A stretch of 64,000 nt of DNA from Alkalispirochaeta sp. (GCA_965601925.1 OZ271854.1:3168001-3232000), one strand, 5' to 3'; counted from the first letter of the stretch, positions 40,412 through 49,088 are shown. The notes: generated from the letters alone by a model not told the origin. Translations and numbers: made by a program.

Positions 40412-41047
40412 CTAAAGACAGGTTCGAATCAACTGGTCTCGCGAGCGCAGGATGTGAATCGAAACCGCCTTTTGCGCCTCCTCGCCGTCGCGGCTTTCCA
40501 ATGCGGCGACGATTCGACGGTGCTCGTCGAGCGTCTCGTCGGCACTGCGCACCAATCCCTGCAGGTTAGACTTGAGGATGAGCCCGTAGCGTTCGTAGGT
40601 CGAGTAGAGCATCGCGCTCCCCGACAGTTCGACCATCCGGCGGTGAAAGACGTTGTCGTTGTGCAGGTATTCGCGCGCGCCCTCTTCGGATACCGGTGGG
40701 GCAAACGACGCAAAGAGCTCAGCCAACTCCCGAACCTCGTCGTCGGTGATACGGTCGCACGCCAGACGCGCTGCGATCGACTCGACACCGGCACGTAGAC
40801 CGAACAGGTCGATCAACTCGTGACAATCGAAGGTCCGTACGACAAAACCGCGCCGTCGTTCCGATGCGATGATCTGTTCACCGACGAGGCGGCTCAGTGC
40901 ATCGTTAATCGGCGTTTGACTGACGCCGAGAACCTCTTCGATCTCGCGTTTGTTTATGCGCACGCCGGGGCGGAGGTCGCCGTTTTCGATCATGAGGCGA
41001 ATTTGGTCGTACACTTGGTTGGAGAGGGTATCGTGCTCAGTAATCAT
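40412..41047 (-). CDS. GntR/FadR-family regulator
   Basis: LGVSQTPINDALSRL; DNVFH and DEHRRI. Confidence 0.92.
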   Translation of the reverse strand: MITEHDTLSNQVYDQIRLMIENGDLRPGVRINKREIEEVLGVSQTPINDALSRLVGEQIIASERRRGFVVRTFDCHELIDLFGLRAGVESIAARLACDRITDDEVRELAELFASFAPPVSEEGAREYLHNDNVFHRRMVELSGSAMLYSTYERYGLILKSNLQGLVRSADETLDEHRRIVAALESRDGEEAQKAVSIHILRSRDQLIRTCL

Positions 41048-41113
41048 CGTACGGTTGCGCTCCAGCGTCTCATTGTACTATAGGTTGCACACCTGTTCAC
41101 CCGTTGCGTGCCA

Positions 41114-41947
41114 TTACACCGTTTCCTCAATCCAATGACGCCACAGAAGAAGCTCGCGCGCCTCGCCGACCGTCGCGATGCGATAGCCGGCGTGCGTAAG
41201 TCGCGCGCGCACCGCTTCGACCAGCTCCGCATTGGTTGCGGCGATCGCTCCGTTATAACGGTGCGAATCTTCGAACCCGACGCGCACGACGCGGAAACCC
41301 AGATCGCATACGGCGACGTGGGCGTCAAAGCTCGCGCTTCCGACAAGGATTGCACCTGCGAGAGAGCCCGCCGGAATACGCGTCCGCAGGTAGCGAGCGA
41401 GACGGTCGTCGAAGGGCATGCCCCACTGCACGCCGAAGATGAAGCTGAAGTTGTACGGTACCCGGAGCAGTCCCTCGTCGATGAGATGGAGTGCCGTTTC
41501 CACGTGTCCGGTATCGAATACCTCAATCGACGGGTGCACCTCCGCTCGGCGCATGACGTCGATCCAATACCGCACGTTGGGCACGCTGTTACGATATACG
41601 TGGTCCCCGAAGTTCAGGGAGCCGACGTTGAGCGAGGCGAGTTCGGCGTCGCACCGACCGACGGGGAGTGTACGCTCCCGAGCATTCATCGGCGATAGGC
41701 CGCCCGTCGATACTTCGACGATGATGTCGGTACGATTCCGAATCGCCCGTATCGTTTCGTTCAGGGGCGATAGGTCGGTCGTAAGGTGTCCCGCGGCGTC
41801 GCGGGCGTGGAGATGGACGACCGAGGCGCCGACGCGCGCACAGTCCACGACATCCCGGGTAACGGCCTCGGGAGTCGTGGGATTATCGTCTCCTACGCCC
41901 CATGCTCCGGTCGGCGCGACGGCGATAACGATCGGTTGCACGAGCAC
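41114..41947 (-). CDS. Beta-keto acid cleavage enzyme (BKACE/Kce, DUF849)
   Basis: VAPTGA, VVHLHAR, STGG, ASLNVGSLNF, EVFDTGH and RVGFED. Confidence 0.9.
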   Translation of the reverse strand: MLVQPIVIAVAPTGAWGVGDDNPTTPEAVTRDVVDCARVGASVVHLHARDAAGHLTTDLSPLNETIRAIRNRTDIIVEVSTGGLSPMNARERTLPVGRCDAELASLNVGSLNFGDHVYRNSVPNVRYWIDVMRRAEVHPSIEVFDTGHVETALHLIDEGLLRVPYNFSFIFGVQWGMPFDDRLARYLRTRIPAGSLAGAILVGSASFDAHVAVCDLGFRVVRVGFEDSHRYNGAIAATNAELVEAVRARLTHAGYRIATVGEARELLLWRHWIEETV

Positions 41948-42123
41948 CCCCCTCCTTCCGCACGAAATGCCGAACGCGGAGCTCCGCCATGCAGCGGGTA
42001 CTCGCACGCTCATCGTCGCCGCTACGGCGAGCGGCGCTGCATGACATTCGACGATACGTCGGAGCGAGTGGCGCGACCCCGCATCACAGTACCCATTGAC
42101 GTCGAGTATAAACCGTGTTAGAT

Positions 42124-42139
42124 ATTTTGTATACAGAAT
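42124..42139. promoter_or_regulatory. GntR box 4 upstream of the isomerase
   Basis: ATTTTGTATACAGAAT (one mismatch to the palindrome), downstream of TTGACG at 42096. Confidence 0.75.
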
Positions 42140-42189
42140 TGATCGTCGCTTCAGTCACTGGGACCGGCGGCGATGCACGGAGGAGCGCG

Positions 42190-43158
42190 ATGTTCAAGTA
42201 CGCCATCATTACCGGGTTTCTCGGAGAGACCAAAGATCGATTCCATACCTACAACGGCCCCATATCCTTGGAAGAGAAGTTTCGGCAGGTGGCGTCGATA
42301 CCGCACTACAGCGGTGTGGAGGTCGTCTATCCCTACGAGGTGGGACCCGCCGAGGAGGTGGTCGCAACCGCCGACGGGACCGGCGTTTCGTTCGCCGCGG
42401 TTAACGTCAATATTAAGGGCGAGCCGGAGTTCGTCTCCGGGAGCGTAACCTCCCCCGACCCCGCGATTCGTGCCAAGGCGGTTCGGTTCATTCGAGAGGC
42501 AAAGGACTACGCCCACCAAGTCGGTGCGCCCCGCGTCACCTGCTGTCCTCTGGGGGACGGGTTCGAGTTCATATTCCAGGAAGACTATCGCTCGGCGTGG
42601 ACGCGCCTCGTCGATTGCTTCGGCGAAGCGGCCGAATATCGGCCGGAGATACCGCTTTTGATCGAGTATAAGCCGAAGGAGACGCGACGGCACTGTTATC
42701 TCAATCGTGCCGCAGACACGCTCGTATTGGTGAAGGATATCCGCAACGGGGCGTTGGGTATCACGATGGACTACGGCCATTCGATCTACGCCGGCGAACA
42801 CCCGGCCGAGACGCTGAGTATGCTCCACTACTCGGGCCATCCGTACTATGTGCACATCAACGACAACGACAAGACGTGGGATTGGGACTTCTTCACCGGC
42901 AGCCACACCTTTTTGGAGTACGTCGAGTTCGTGTACTACCTGAAGAGGTACGGCTACGAGGACTTCCTTACTTCGGACACGCACCCCACGCGCTGGTCGA
43001 CGGCTCATATGTTTGCGATTAATGCGCGTGTTACCGAGAAGGTCAGCCGCCTGCTCGATACGATCGGCCTGAAGGAGATCCAAACCCACATCGAGGGGCG
43101 CGACTATATGGAGACGTGGCGTTTTATCGAGACGCGGATTCTGCGTCTCGTCGACTGA
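42190..43158 (+). CDS. Xylose-isomerase-like TIM-barrel sugar isomerase
   Basis: TSPDPAIR, GDG, IEYKPKE, MDYGH, HINDN...WDWD and SDTHP metal-ligand pattern; RBS AGGAG. Confidence 0.85.
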   Translation: MFKYAIITGFLGETKDRFHTYNGPISLEEKFRQVASIPHYSGVEVVYPYEVGPAEEVVATADGTGVSFAAVNVNIKGEPEFVSGSVTSPDPAIRAKAVRFIREAKDYAHQVGAPRVTCCPLGDGFEFIFQEDYRSAWTRLVDCFGEAAEYRPEIPLLIEYKPKETRRHCYLNRAADTLVLVKDIRNGALGITMDYGHSIYAGEHPAETLSMLHYSGHPYYVHINDNDKTWDWDFFTGSHTFLEYVEFVYYLKRYGYEDFLTSDTHPTRWSTAHMFAINARVTEKVSRLLDTIGLKEIQTHIEGRDYMETWRFIETRILRLVD

Positions 43159-43301
43159 TTTCGCTATCCACGTGCGACCGTCCGAGATATCGCGACGGTC
43201 GCCTCTTTTACTAAATCGACCCTTCACAAAGATATGCGTCTCACCTTTCCTCCGTGTCCCGCGATCGATATAATCGATGATGCGGGACAACGGACATTGT
43301 C

Positions 43302-43709
43302 ATGAAACTGATCGTTTTTGTGCTTAATCGTGAAGAATTGCTCGAACGCGTGCTCGAGGCGTATGTTGAGGCGGGCGTCGTCGGCGCGACGATTCTCGAC
43401 TCCGAAGGGATGGGACGATTTCTGACCTACGAGGTGCCGCTCTTTGCGGACTTCAAGGAGTTCATGAAGGGCAACAAGCCGTACAACAAGACGATTCTTT
43501 CCGTCGTCGAGGACGAGGAGTGCATTCCGCGCTTACGCTCGATTCTGGACGAGGTGTGCGGCGGGCTGAGCTCGCCGGGTACGGGAATACTCTTCACGGT
43601 GCCGGTCGACTTCGCGGTAGGGCTCGTCGGACAGAGCGACGGCGACGAGCGTTCGGCCGCAACCGAGATAGATGCAACACCGACACCCCATGGAGGTTCT
43701 CATGGCTGA
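43302..43709 (+). CDS. PII-like (GlnB-fold) protein
   Basis: MKLIVFVLN, GATILDSEGMG, KTILSVV and PGTGILFTVPV. Confidence 0.8.
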   Translation: MKLIVFVLNREELLERVLEAYVEAGVVGATILDSEGMGRFLTYEVPLFADFKEFMKGNKPYNKTILSVVEDEECIPRLRSILDEVCGGLSSPGTGILFTVPVDFAVGLVGQSDGDERSAATEIDATPTPHGGSHG

Positions 43710-44166
43710 TATGCTCTCTACAATTCTCGATGTGAATGCGATTTCCCTCGACCTCAAGGCGAAGAAGAAGCCCGATATCATTCGCGAGCTGGTGGAGATT
43801 CTCGGTGCGTCCGGCGCAGTGCGCGACGTCGATTCGGTCACGGCGGAGGTGATCGCCAGAGAGGAGCTCGCTACCACCGGCGTCGGGAACGGGATCGCCA
43901 TTCCCCATTGCCTCTCCACCGAGGTGAGCGGCACGGCACTCGCCTTCGGGCGACGTGTTCCCGGCGCGAAGTTCGACGCCGTCGACCGACAACCGGTACA
44001 GCTGTTCTTCTTGATGGTGGGACTACCGGGATCGCACAACGAGCATCTCCGTCTTTTGAGTAAACTCTCGCGTTATTTATACGATCCCGACACCAAAGCG
44101 AGGCTCCTCGCCGCGCCGACACCCGAGGAGGTGGTGGCGATCTTTGCCGGCCGGGAAGGGGCGTAA
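43702..44166 (+). CDS. PTS EIIA (fructose/Ntr-type)
   Basis: REELATTGVGNGIAIPH (phospho-His), FDAVD.QPV and HLRLLSKLSR. Confidence 0.92.
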   Translation: MADMLSTILDVNAISLDLKAKKKPDIIRELVEILGASGAVRDVDSVTAEVIAREELATTGVGNGIAIPHCLSTEVSGTALAFGRRVPGAKFDAVDRQPVQLFFLMVGLPGSHNEHLRLLSKLSRYLYDPDTKARLLAAPTPEEVVAIFAGREGA

Positions 44167-44678
44167 TGCAGCGCGCTTTCCGATGGAACGCCGTACGGCT
44201 CATACTCACGACGTTGTATCTTTGGCTCGGATGGGTGTTATTCACCTGGTCGGTAGCGATCGACACCCTGGCATTGGGGCTGATCCAGAGCGCAATCGTG
44301 GCGATGCTTATGTGGCCGGTGTTCATCGAGGAGGACGAGGCCGCCAGACGGTCGCTGGTCCCGCACATCCATTTTCTGTTGGTGTATCTGGTGTTGCTCA
44401 TCTTCCAGATGTACGTGGCGAGCTTTCGTGTGCTGTGGCAGATTATTCGCGGGCGGATCGATCCGGGAGTGGTCCACTTTCGCACGCGTCTGCGAACCGA
44501 CATTGCGCGAGTGGCCCTCGCCAACTCGATCACCCTCACTCCCGGCACGATCACCCTCTTTCTCGACGACGATCACCTGATCGTGCATTGGCTCGACGCG
44601 CGTACGACGCATTCACGATACGCCAGTACCCTCGTGGCTGAGCCGTTCGAGCGAGTCCTGCGGCGGATCTGGGCATAA
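44166..44678 (+). CDS. mnhE: Mrp/Mnh antiporter subunit E (MbhA-like)
   Basis: PGVV, LANSITLTPGT and VHW motifs. Confidence 0.92.
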   Translation: MQRAFRWNAVRLILTTLYLWLGWVLFTWSVAIDTLALGLIQSAIVAMLMWPVFIEEDEAARRSLVPHIHFLLVYLVLLIFQMYVASFRVLWQIIRGRIDPGVVHFRTRLRTDIARVALANSITLTPGTITLFLDDDHLIVHWLDARTTHSRYASTLVAEPFERVLRRIWA

Positions 44679-44693
44679 AGGGATTAACGTTTC

Positions 44694-44954
44694 GTGGATC
44701 AGATGCTGCAGTACGCCGTGTGGTTCTTTCTGGGATCGATTCTGGTGAGCATGATTCGCGTCCTCATCGGCCCGACGACCGCGGATCGGATGATCGGTCT
44801 CAATATGGTCTCCGCGCAGATCCTCGCCGTCTTGGTCCTTCAGGCGGTGCGCGAGGGACGCAGCAGCTTTTTGGACGTTGCGTTGGTGTACGATATCTTC
44901 GGCTTCATCGGAATTCTGGCGATGGTTCGATACTTCGGAAGGAGGCGGACGTGA
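44694..44954 (+). CDS. mnhF: Mrp/Mnh subunit F (MbhB-like)
   Basis: GPTTADR and LDVALVY...GF. Confidence 0.9.
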   Translation: MDQMLQYAVWFFLGSILVSMIRVLIGPTTADRMIGLNMVSAQILAVLVLQAVREGRSSFLDVALVYDIFGFIGILAMVRYFGRRRT

Positions 44955-45283
44955 ACTGGGGAGTGGTGTTCTTTCTCGGTCTGGGAGTGATCTTCGGCAT
45001 TATGGGCAATCTGGGTGTGTTGATCTTTCCCGACACCTACACGCGACTCCACGCATCGTCCACCGCGAGTACCTCGTCGGTCTTTTCGGTGTTCGTCGCC
45101 TGTATGTTCGCCGCCGGCTGGAGTCCCATGACCGGTAAGATTCTCGTCATCGCCCTCTTTTTTTTCATAACCAACCCTATTTCGTCCCACCTCATTGCAC
45201 GCTACGCGTGGGAGCGCGGCGTCGTACCGTGGCGACGCAGTTTCGCCGAGCGCCGGATGCTTCATGAGGAGAACGATGACTGA
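44951..45283 (+). CDS. mnhG: Mrp/Mnh subunit G (MbhC-like)
   Basis: FPDTYTRLHA and TNPISSH..AR. Confidence 0.9.
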   Translation: MNWGVVFFLGLGVIFGIMGNLGVLIFPDTYTRLHASSTASTSSVFSVFVACMFAAGWSPMTGKILVIALFFFITNPISSHLIARYAWERGVVPWRRSFAERRMLHEENDD

Positions 45284-45521
45284 GGCGTTGTTGATCGTGC
45301 TTATCGTCCTTGCCGGCTTGTCCCTTGCGACGCGTGACCTCCTGACGTCTGTGATTTTGGTCAGCGTCTTCAGTCTGGTGAGCTGTCTCTTTTTCTTTAT
45401 CCTCGGCGCTCCCGATGTGGCGCTTACCGAGGCGGCGGTCGGGACGGGAATCGGAAGCGTCGTCTTCATCTGGATCGTACGTAAAACCGAGCGCGGGAGG
45501 CGGCGTGATACGAGTCGTTGA
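45276..45521 (+). CDS. DUF4040 subunit (MbhD-like; part of MrpA C-terminus)
   Basis: LGAPDVALTEAAVG. Confidence 0.88.
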   Translation: MTEALLIVLIVLAGLSLATRDLLTSVILVSVFSLVSCLFFFILGAPDVALTEAAVGTGIGSVVFIWIVRKTERGRRRDTSR

Positions 45522-45756
45522 GATCGTAGCGATCCTGGTGGTCGTCCTCTTTCTCGCGTTGTTGCTCGGCGGACCCTTTCCGACCGAGACGCCGTTACGC
45601 TCCTACGTCGTGGAGCGAGGTGTTGAGGAGACCGGTGCGGTCAATCTGGTTACGGCGATCTATCTGGGATACCGCGCCTTCGACACCCTCGGCGAGACGG
45701 TCGTGCTGATGTTGGCGGTCTCCGGCGTAATATTTTTCGTGGAGCGCTCAAAATGA
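45505..45756 (+). CDS. MbhE-like subunit (part of MrpA C-terminus)
   Basis: NLVTAIYLGYRAFDTLGE. Confidence 0.88.
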   Translation: MIRVVEIVAILVVVLFLALLLGGPFPTETPLRSYVVERGVEETGAVNLVTAIYLGYRAFDTLGETVVLMLAVSGVIFFVERSK

Positions 45757-46175
45757 TGCGGAAAACCGACATCGTAGACGTCACCGCACGTAAGCTCGCC
45801 CCGTATATGTTTCTCTTCGGTCTGTATTTGGTGAGCTACGGCGACACCTCTCCGGGCGGCGGCTTTCAAGGCGGCGTCGTTATCGCCTCCGGTGTGATTC
45901 TGCTGGCTATGGCGCGTGACGTGACCGCTACCGAGCGCCTCTTTCCGACCCACCGTCTCACGGCGGCGGAGACGGTCGCGTTCGGGGTTTTTTTGGTCGC
46001 CGGTGTCGTCGGAATGGCCGTCGGAGTCGGCTTTTTGGGCGATTTCGCCGGGCGCGGTGAGCTCACCGACGTGGTTCCGGCGGCGCGATTCATCTTTCTG
46101 CTCAACTTGGCGATCGGCATTAAGGTCGCTGCCGGGGCGAGTCTCATCTGCATGCACCTGTTCAGGGAACGCTGA
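45753..46175 (+). CDS. mnhB: Mrp/Mnh subunit B (MbhF-like)
   Basis: SPGGGFQGG and IGIKV. Confidence 0.88.
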   Translation: MMRKTDIVDVTARKLAPYMFLFGLYLVSYGDTSPGGGFQGGVVIASGVILLAMARDVTATERLFPTHRLTAAETVAFGVFLVAGVVGMAVGVGFLGDFAGRGELTDVVPAARFIFLLNLAIGIKVAAGASLICMHLFRER

Positions 46176-46176
46176 C

Positions 46177-46515
46177 ATGGCGTGGTATCTCATCGGGGCG
46201 ATCTTCGTCATCGGGCTGTGGGGCGTCATCGCGCAGAACAACCTCGTAAAAAAGGTCGTCGCCCTCAGTATCGCCAACAGTGCGATCATCATGCTCTTCG
46301 TCTACTACGCCTCCCTCTCGGGGCCGGATGCGCCGATTATGGACGCCGCCGGTGTACCTGCGGATCCCATCCCCCACGCCCTGATGCTTACCGCAATCGT
46401 TGTGGGGATTTGCATCGTGGCCCTCGCGTTGGCATTGGTGTACGTGCTCTACCAACGGTACGGTACCTTGGACATGGACGAGATCGAGGATCTCGTGTGG
46501 GGGAACGATGACTGA
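46177..46515 (+). CDS. mnhC: Mrp/Mnh subunit C (MbhG-like)
   Basis: NLVKK and DPIPHALMLTAIVVG...YGTLD. Confidence 0.92.
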   Translation: MAWYLIGAIFVIGLWGVIAQNNLVKKVVALSIANSAIIMLFVYYASLSGPDAPIMDAAGVPADPIPHALMLTAIVVGICIVALALALVYVLYQRYGTLDMDEIEDLVWGNDD

Positions 46516-48211
46516 GCCGGTTCTCCTAATCCTCCTCCCCCTAGTAGGGTCACTCGCGGCCCTCGCCGGTAAACTTCTGCCGGCGCGTCGTACCTTCACC
46601 GTTCTGGCGCTGCTTCCGTTGGGGGTAATGGGGATCGTCCTCGTTCGACAGCTTCCGGCGGTCACCGCCGGCGAGGTGTTGCGCTACGCCCTCGGCGGAT
46701 ACGCCGAAGGGCCCGGTATCACCCTCGTCCTCGACGGCCCGGCCTGGCTCGCATCGATGCTCATCGTCATTATCTCGTCATTGGTGGCGATCTACTCCCT
46801 CGAGCGCGATGAGTTCGACTTGCGCTATTTATTCTTCCTCCTGATGCTCATCGCCGGTATGGAGACGGTCGTGCTTACCGGCGACATCTTTACCATGTTC
46901 GTCGGCTTTGAGGTCGTGGCGCTCTCCGCGTACGTATTGATCGCCTGGGAACGAAGTAGCGAGGGGCTTCTCGCGAGCCTCAAGTATCTCTTTCTCAGCT
47001 CCGTGGGCATTCTCTTCTTTCTTCTCGGTGTGTTCGTTGTGTACCGAGACATGGGAACCCTCTCCCTCGCCGGCATTACCGAGTATGTGAATGGACTGCA
47101 CGGATTCGGCGGTATCGAGCGTGGAATCGGACCGGATGCCGTGTTCGGCGGTTTCGCCGGCGGCTCGATTCCCTTTGCCCTGGCGGCGCTGTGCGTCGGC
47201 ATCGGCGTCAGAACGGCGTTTATTCCCTTCCACACGTGGCTACCTGAGGCGCACGCGTGGGCTCCCCATCCCGTCTCCGCGTTGTTGTCCGGTGTGTTGA
47301 TAAAGATATCCTTCTTCGTCATGTTTCGGATTCTCGCGGTGTTCGGCGCATTTCACCTCTATCCGATGTTGATGTGGCTCGGCTCAATCACCGCCTTGGT
47401 CGCGGTGGGGTGGGCGCTGGCGCAGAGCGACGCCAAGCGGCTTCTGGCGTATCACTCCATCTCTCAAATGGGCTACATTCTTGCTGCGGCGGGAGCCCTG
47501 TCGACCTTCTCCGTTCCCGCCGCCTATACGCACGCGATTAACCACGCGGTGTTCAAGAGTTTGCTCTTTTTGGCGGCGGGACACGCGATTCATCTGACCG
47601 GGGAGCGCAATTTGTTCCGCATCGGCCCGTTGGGGCGCCGCTCTCCCCTGGTCGCCGCGGCCCTGGTCGTCGGTGCGTTATCGATTTCGGGCATACCGCC
47701 GTTCAACGGATTCGTGAGCAAGCAACTCATCTCCGAGGCGCTGTACGGGTCGCCGGCGTATATCCTCTTGCGCATTACCGCGGTGGGGACGACGGCGTCG
47801 TTCATCAAGTTGTCGCGTATTGCCCTTCCCGGTCCGTATCTCGCCGCGGGCGAGCCCCTACATAACGACCACCGCTCGGCGGCGACCGCAGTTCCCCTCG
47901 TGGTCTTGAGCGCTCTGGCCCTCGTTACCGGGGTGGCGGGATCGGCGTACACACGGTTTGTATGGCGCGTCGTCGGAGGGGAGGCGATACGCGGCGGTGC
48001 GACGCCGGCTATGCCCTCCTTTTTTGCGTGGGACAAGCTGGCCGACAGCGTCCTCATACTGATCCTCGGCGTCGCTACGTATCTCTTTGTGATGACTCCG
48101 ACCGGCAAGCGTATCTCCCACTCCGTGCGACGGATCGCGCCGCACCTGAGAGCGGTCCTCATCTTCTTCGTCTTCGGTCTGGCGCTCTTTTCGGTCGCGG
48201 CGCTGTTGTAA
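46508..48211 (+). CDS. mnhD: Mrp/Mnh subunit D (MbhH-like proton-translocating subunit)
   Basis: FVGFEV, PFHTWLPEAH, SALLSG..IK, KRLLAYHSISQMGY, NHAVFKSLLF and GIPPFNGFVSK. Confidence 0.92.
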   Translation: MTEPVLLILLPLVGSLAALAGKLLPARRTFTVLALLPLGVMGIVLVRQLPAVTAGEVLRYALGGYAEGPGITLVLDGPAWLASMLIVIISSLVAIYSLERDEFDLRYLFFLLMLIAGMETVVLTGDIFTMFVGFEVVALSAYVLIAWERSSEGLLASLKYLFLSSVGILFFLLGVFVVYRDMGTLSLAGITEYVNGLHGFGGIERGIGPDAVFGGFAGGSIPFALAALCVGIGVRTAFIPFHTWLPEAHAWAPHPVSALLSGVLIKISFFVMFRILAVFGAFHLYPMLMWLGSITALVAVGWALAQSDAKRLLAYHSISQMGYILAAAGALSTFSVPAAYTHAINHAVFKSLLFLAAGHAIHLTGERNLFRIGPLGRRSPLVAAALVVGALSISGIPPFNGFVSKQLISEALYGSPAYILLRITAVGTTASFIKLSRIALPGPYLAAGEPLHNDHRSAATAVPLVVLSALALVTGVAGSAYTRFVWRVVGGEAIRGGATPAMPSFFAWDKLADSVLILILGVATYLFVMTPTGKRISHSVRRIAPHLRAVLIFFVFGLALFSVAALL

Positions 48212-48346
48212 GCCGACGCGCGGCGCGCCGATATCGACCGCACACTCGTCTCAACGATGCACCTCGCGACCCTCCGCCCGCCTTCGGTGCGCCCCATTTT
48301 TGCAGTCGAGGGTCCGTTTTACTAAGCTTTGGGTGGGAGGCTACGA

Positions 48347-48760
48347 ATGCCGGGCACAAAGAGCACGCCACGTACCGATCGGATTCCGATACTGGATATG
48401 TCCGATACGATCTCGTTGATTCCGATGGTAGGGATCATAGACTCCACCCGATCTCAGTTCCTCATGGAGAGTACGCTCGACTCGATCCAAAAAAAGAGCA
48501 AGCAGGTCGTGATCGTCGATATTCTCGGCATCGCGACGGTCGACAGCGCCGTGGCCGCGCACCTGATCAAGCTCTCGAATGCGACGCGCCTTATGGGGTG
48601 CGAGACGATCATATCGGGTATCTCTCCGGAAATAGCGCAAACGATGGTCAATTTGGGTATCTCCCTCAAAGATATGCAAACGACGAACAGCTTGAAGAAT
48701 GCGATTCTCGCAGCCTACCGGAAGGTCGGTCTGCGTCTCGCGCCGGTCGATGACAATTAA
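48347..48760 (+). CDS. rsbR: STAS-only RsbR-like stressosome protein
   Basis: PMVGIIDSTR, DILGIATVDSAVA..L, RLMGC..IISGISPEIAQTMVNLGI; in-frame TAA at 48323 rules out an N-terminal sensor domain. Confidence 0.85.
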   Translation: MPGTKSTPRTDRIPILDMSDTISLIPMVGIIDSTRSQFLMESTLDSIQKKSKQVVIVDILGIATVDSAVAAHLIKLSNATRLMGCETIISGISPEIAQTMVNLGISLKDMQTTNSLKNAILAAYRKVGLRLAPVDDN

Positions 48761-49088
48761 CGGCGGGTATTGGATCGACAACGTCTTTGTGGTGCGTCTC
48801 AGACCGGAGGATTTTGCCGAACCCGATATGCCCGTGTCACTCCTGCGCGCCGTGCAACGTCGCGAAGCCACCCGATTGGTGATCGATGTGGCCGAGATCG
48901 ATCTGCTTCACTCGTTGGACGTGAAAGTGCTGGAGGACACCTCGACGTTGTGTCGCATCAGCGGAATCCGAGCCGTCGTGGCGTGCGTCTCCCCGCATCA
49001 CGCGGCGATACTCGTCAACTTTGTAGAGACGTTCGGATTTGAGTGTACCTCGTCGATCGATAGAGCCGTGTATGCCCTACAACGTTAG
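48750..49088 (+). CDS. rsbS: RsbS-like STAS protein (divergent)
   Basis: LVIDVAEIDLLHS...L, ISGI.AVV...SP..A..LV; located between rsbR and rsbT. Confidence 0.7.
   Translation: MTINGGYWIDNVFVVRLRPEDFAEPDMPVSLLRAVQRREATRLVIDVAEIDLLHSLDVKVLEDTSTLCRISGIRAVVACVSPHHAAILVNFVETFGFECTSSIDRAVYALQR

Noticed and set aside
32862..43158. Direct assignment as an apiose or sulfoquinovose pathway
   Set aside because: No apulose kinase, sulfoquinovosidase or ABC importer is present in the cluster; family resemblance alone is not enough.
44166..48211. Membrane-bound hydrogenase (Mbh/Ech) operon
   Set aside because: No NiFe large or small subunit or Fe-S subunits follow mnhD; the next genes are rsbRST.
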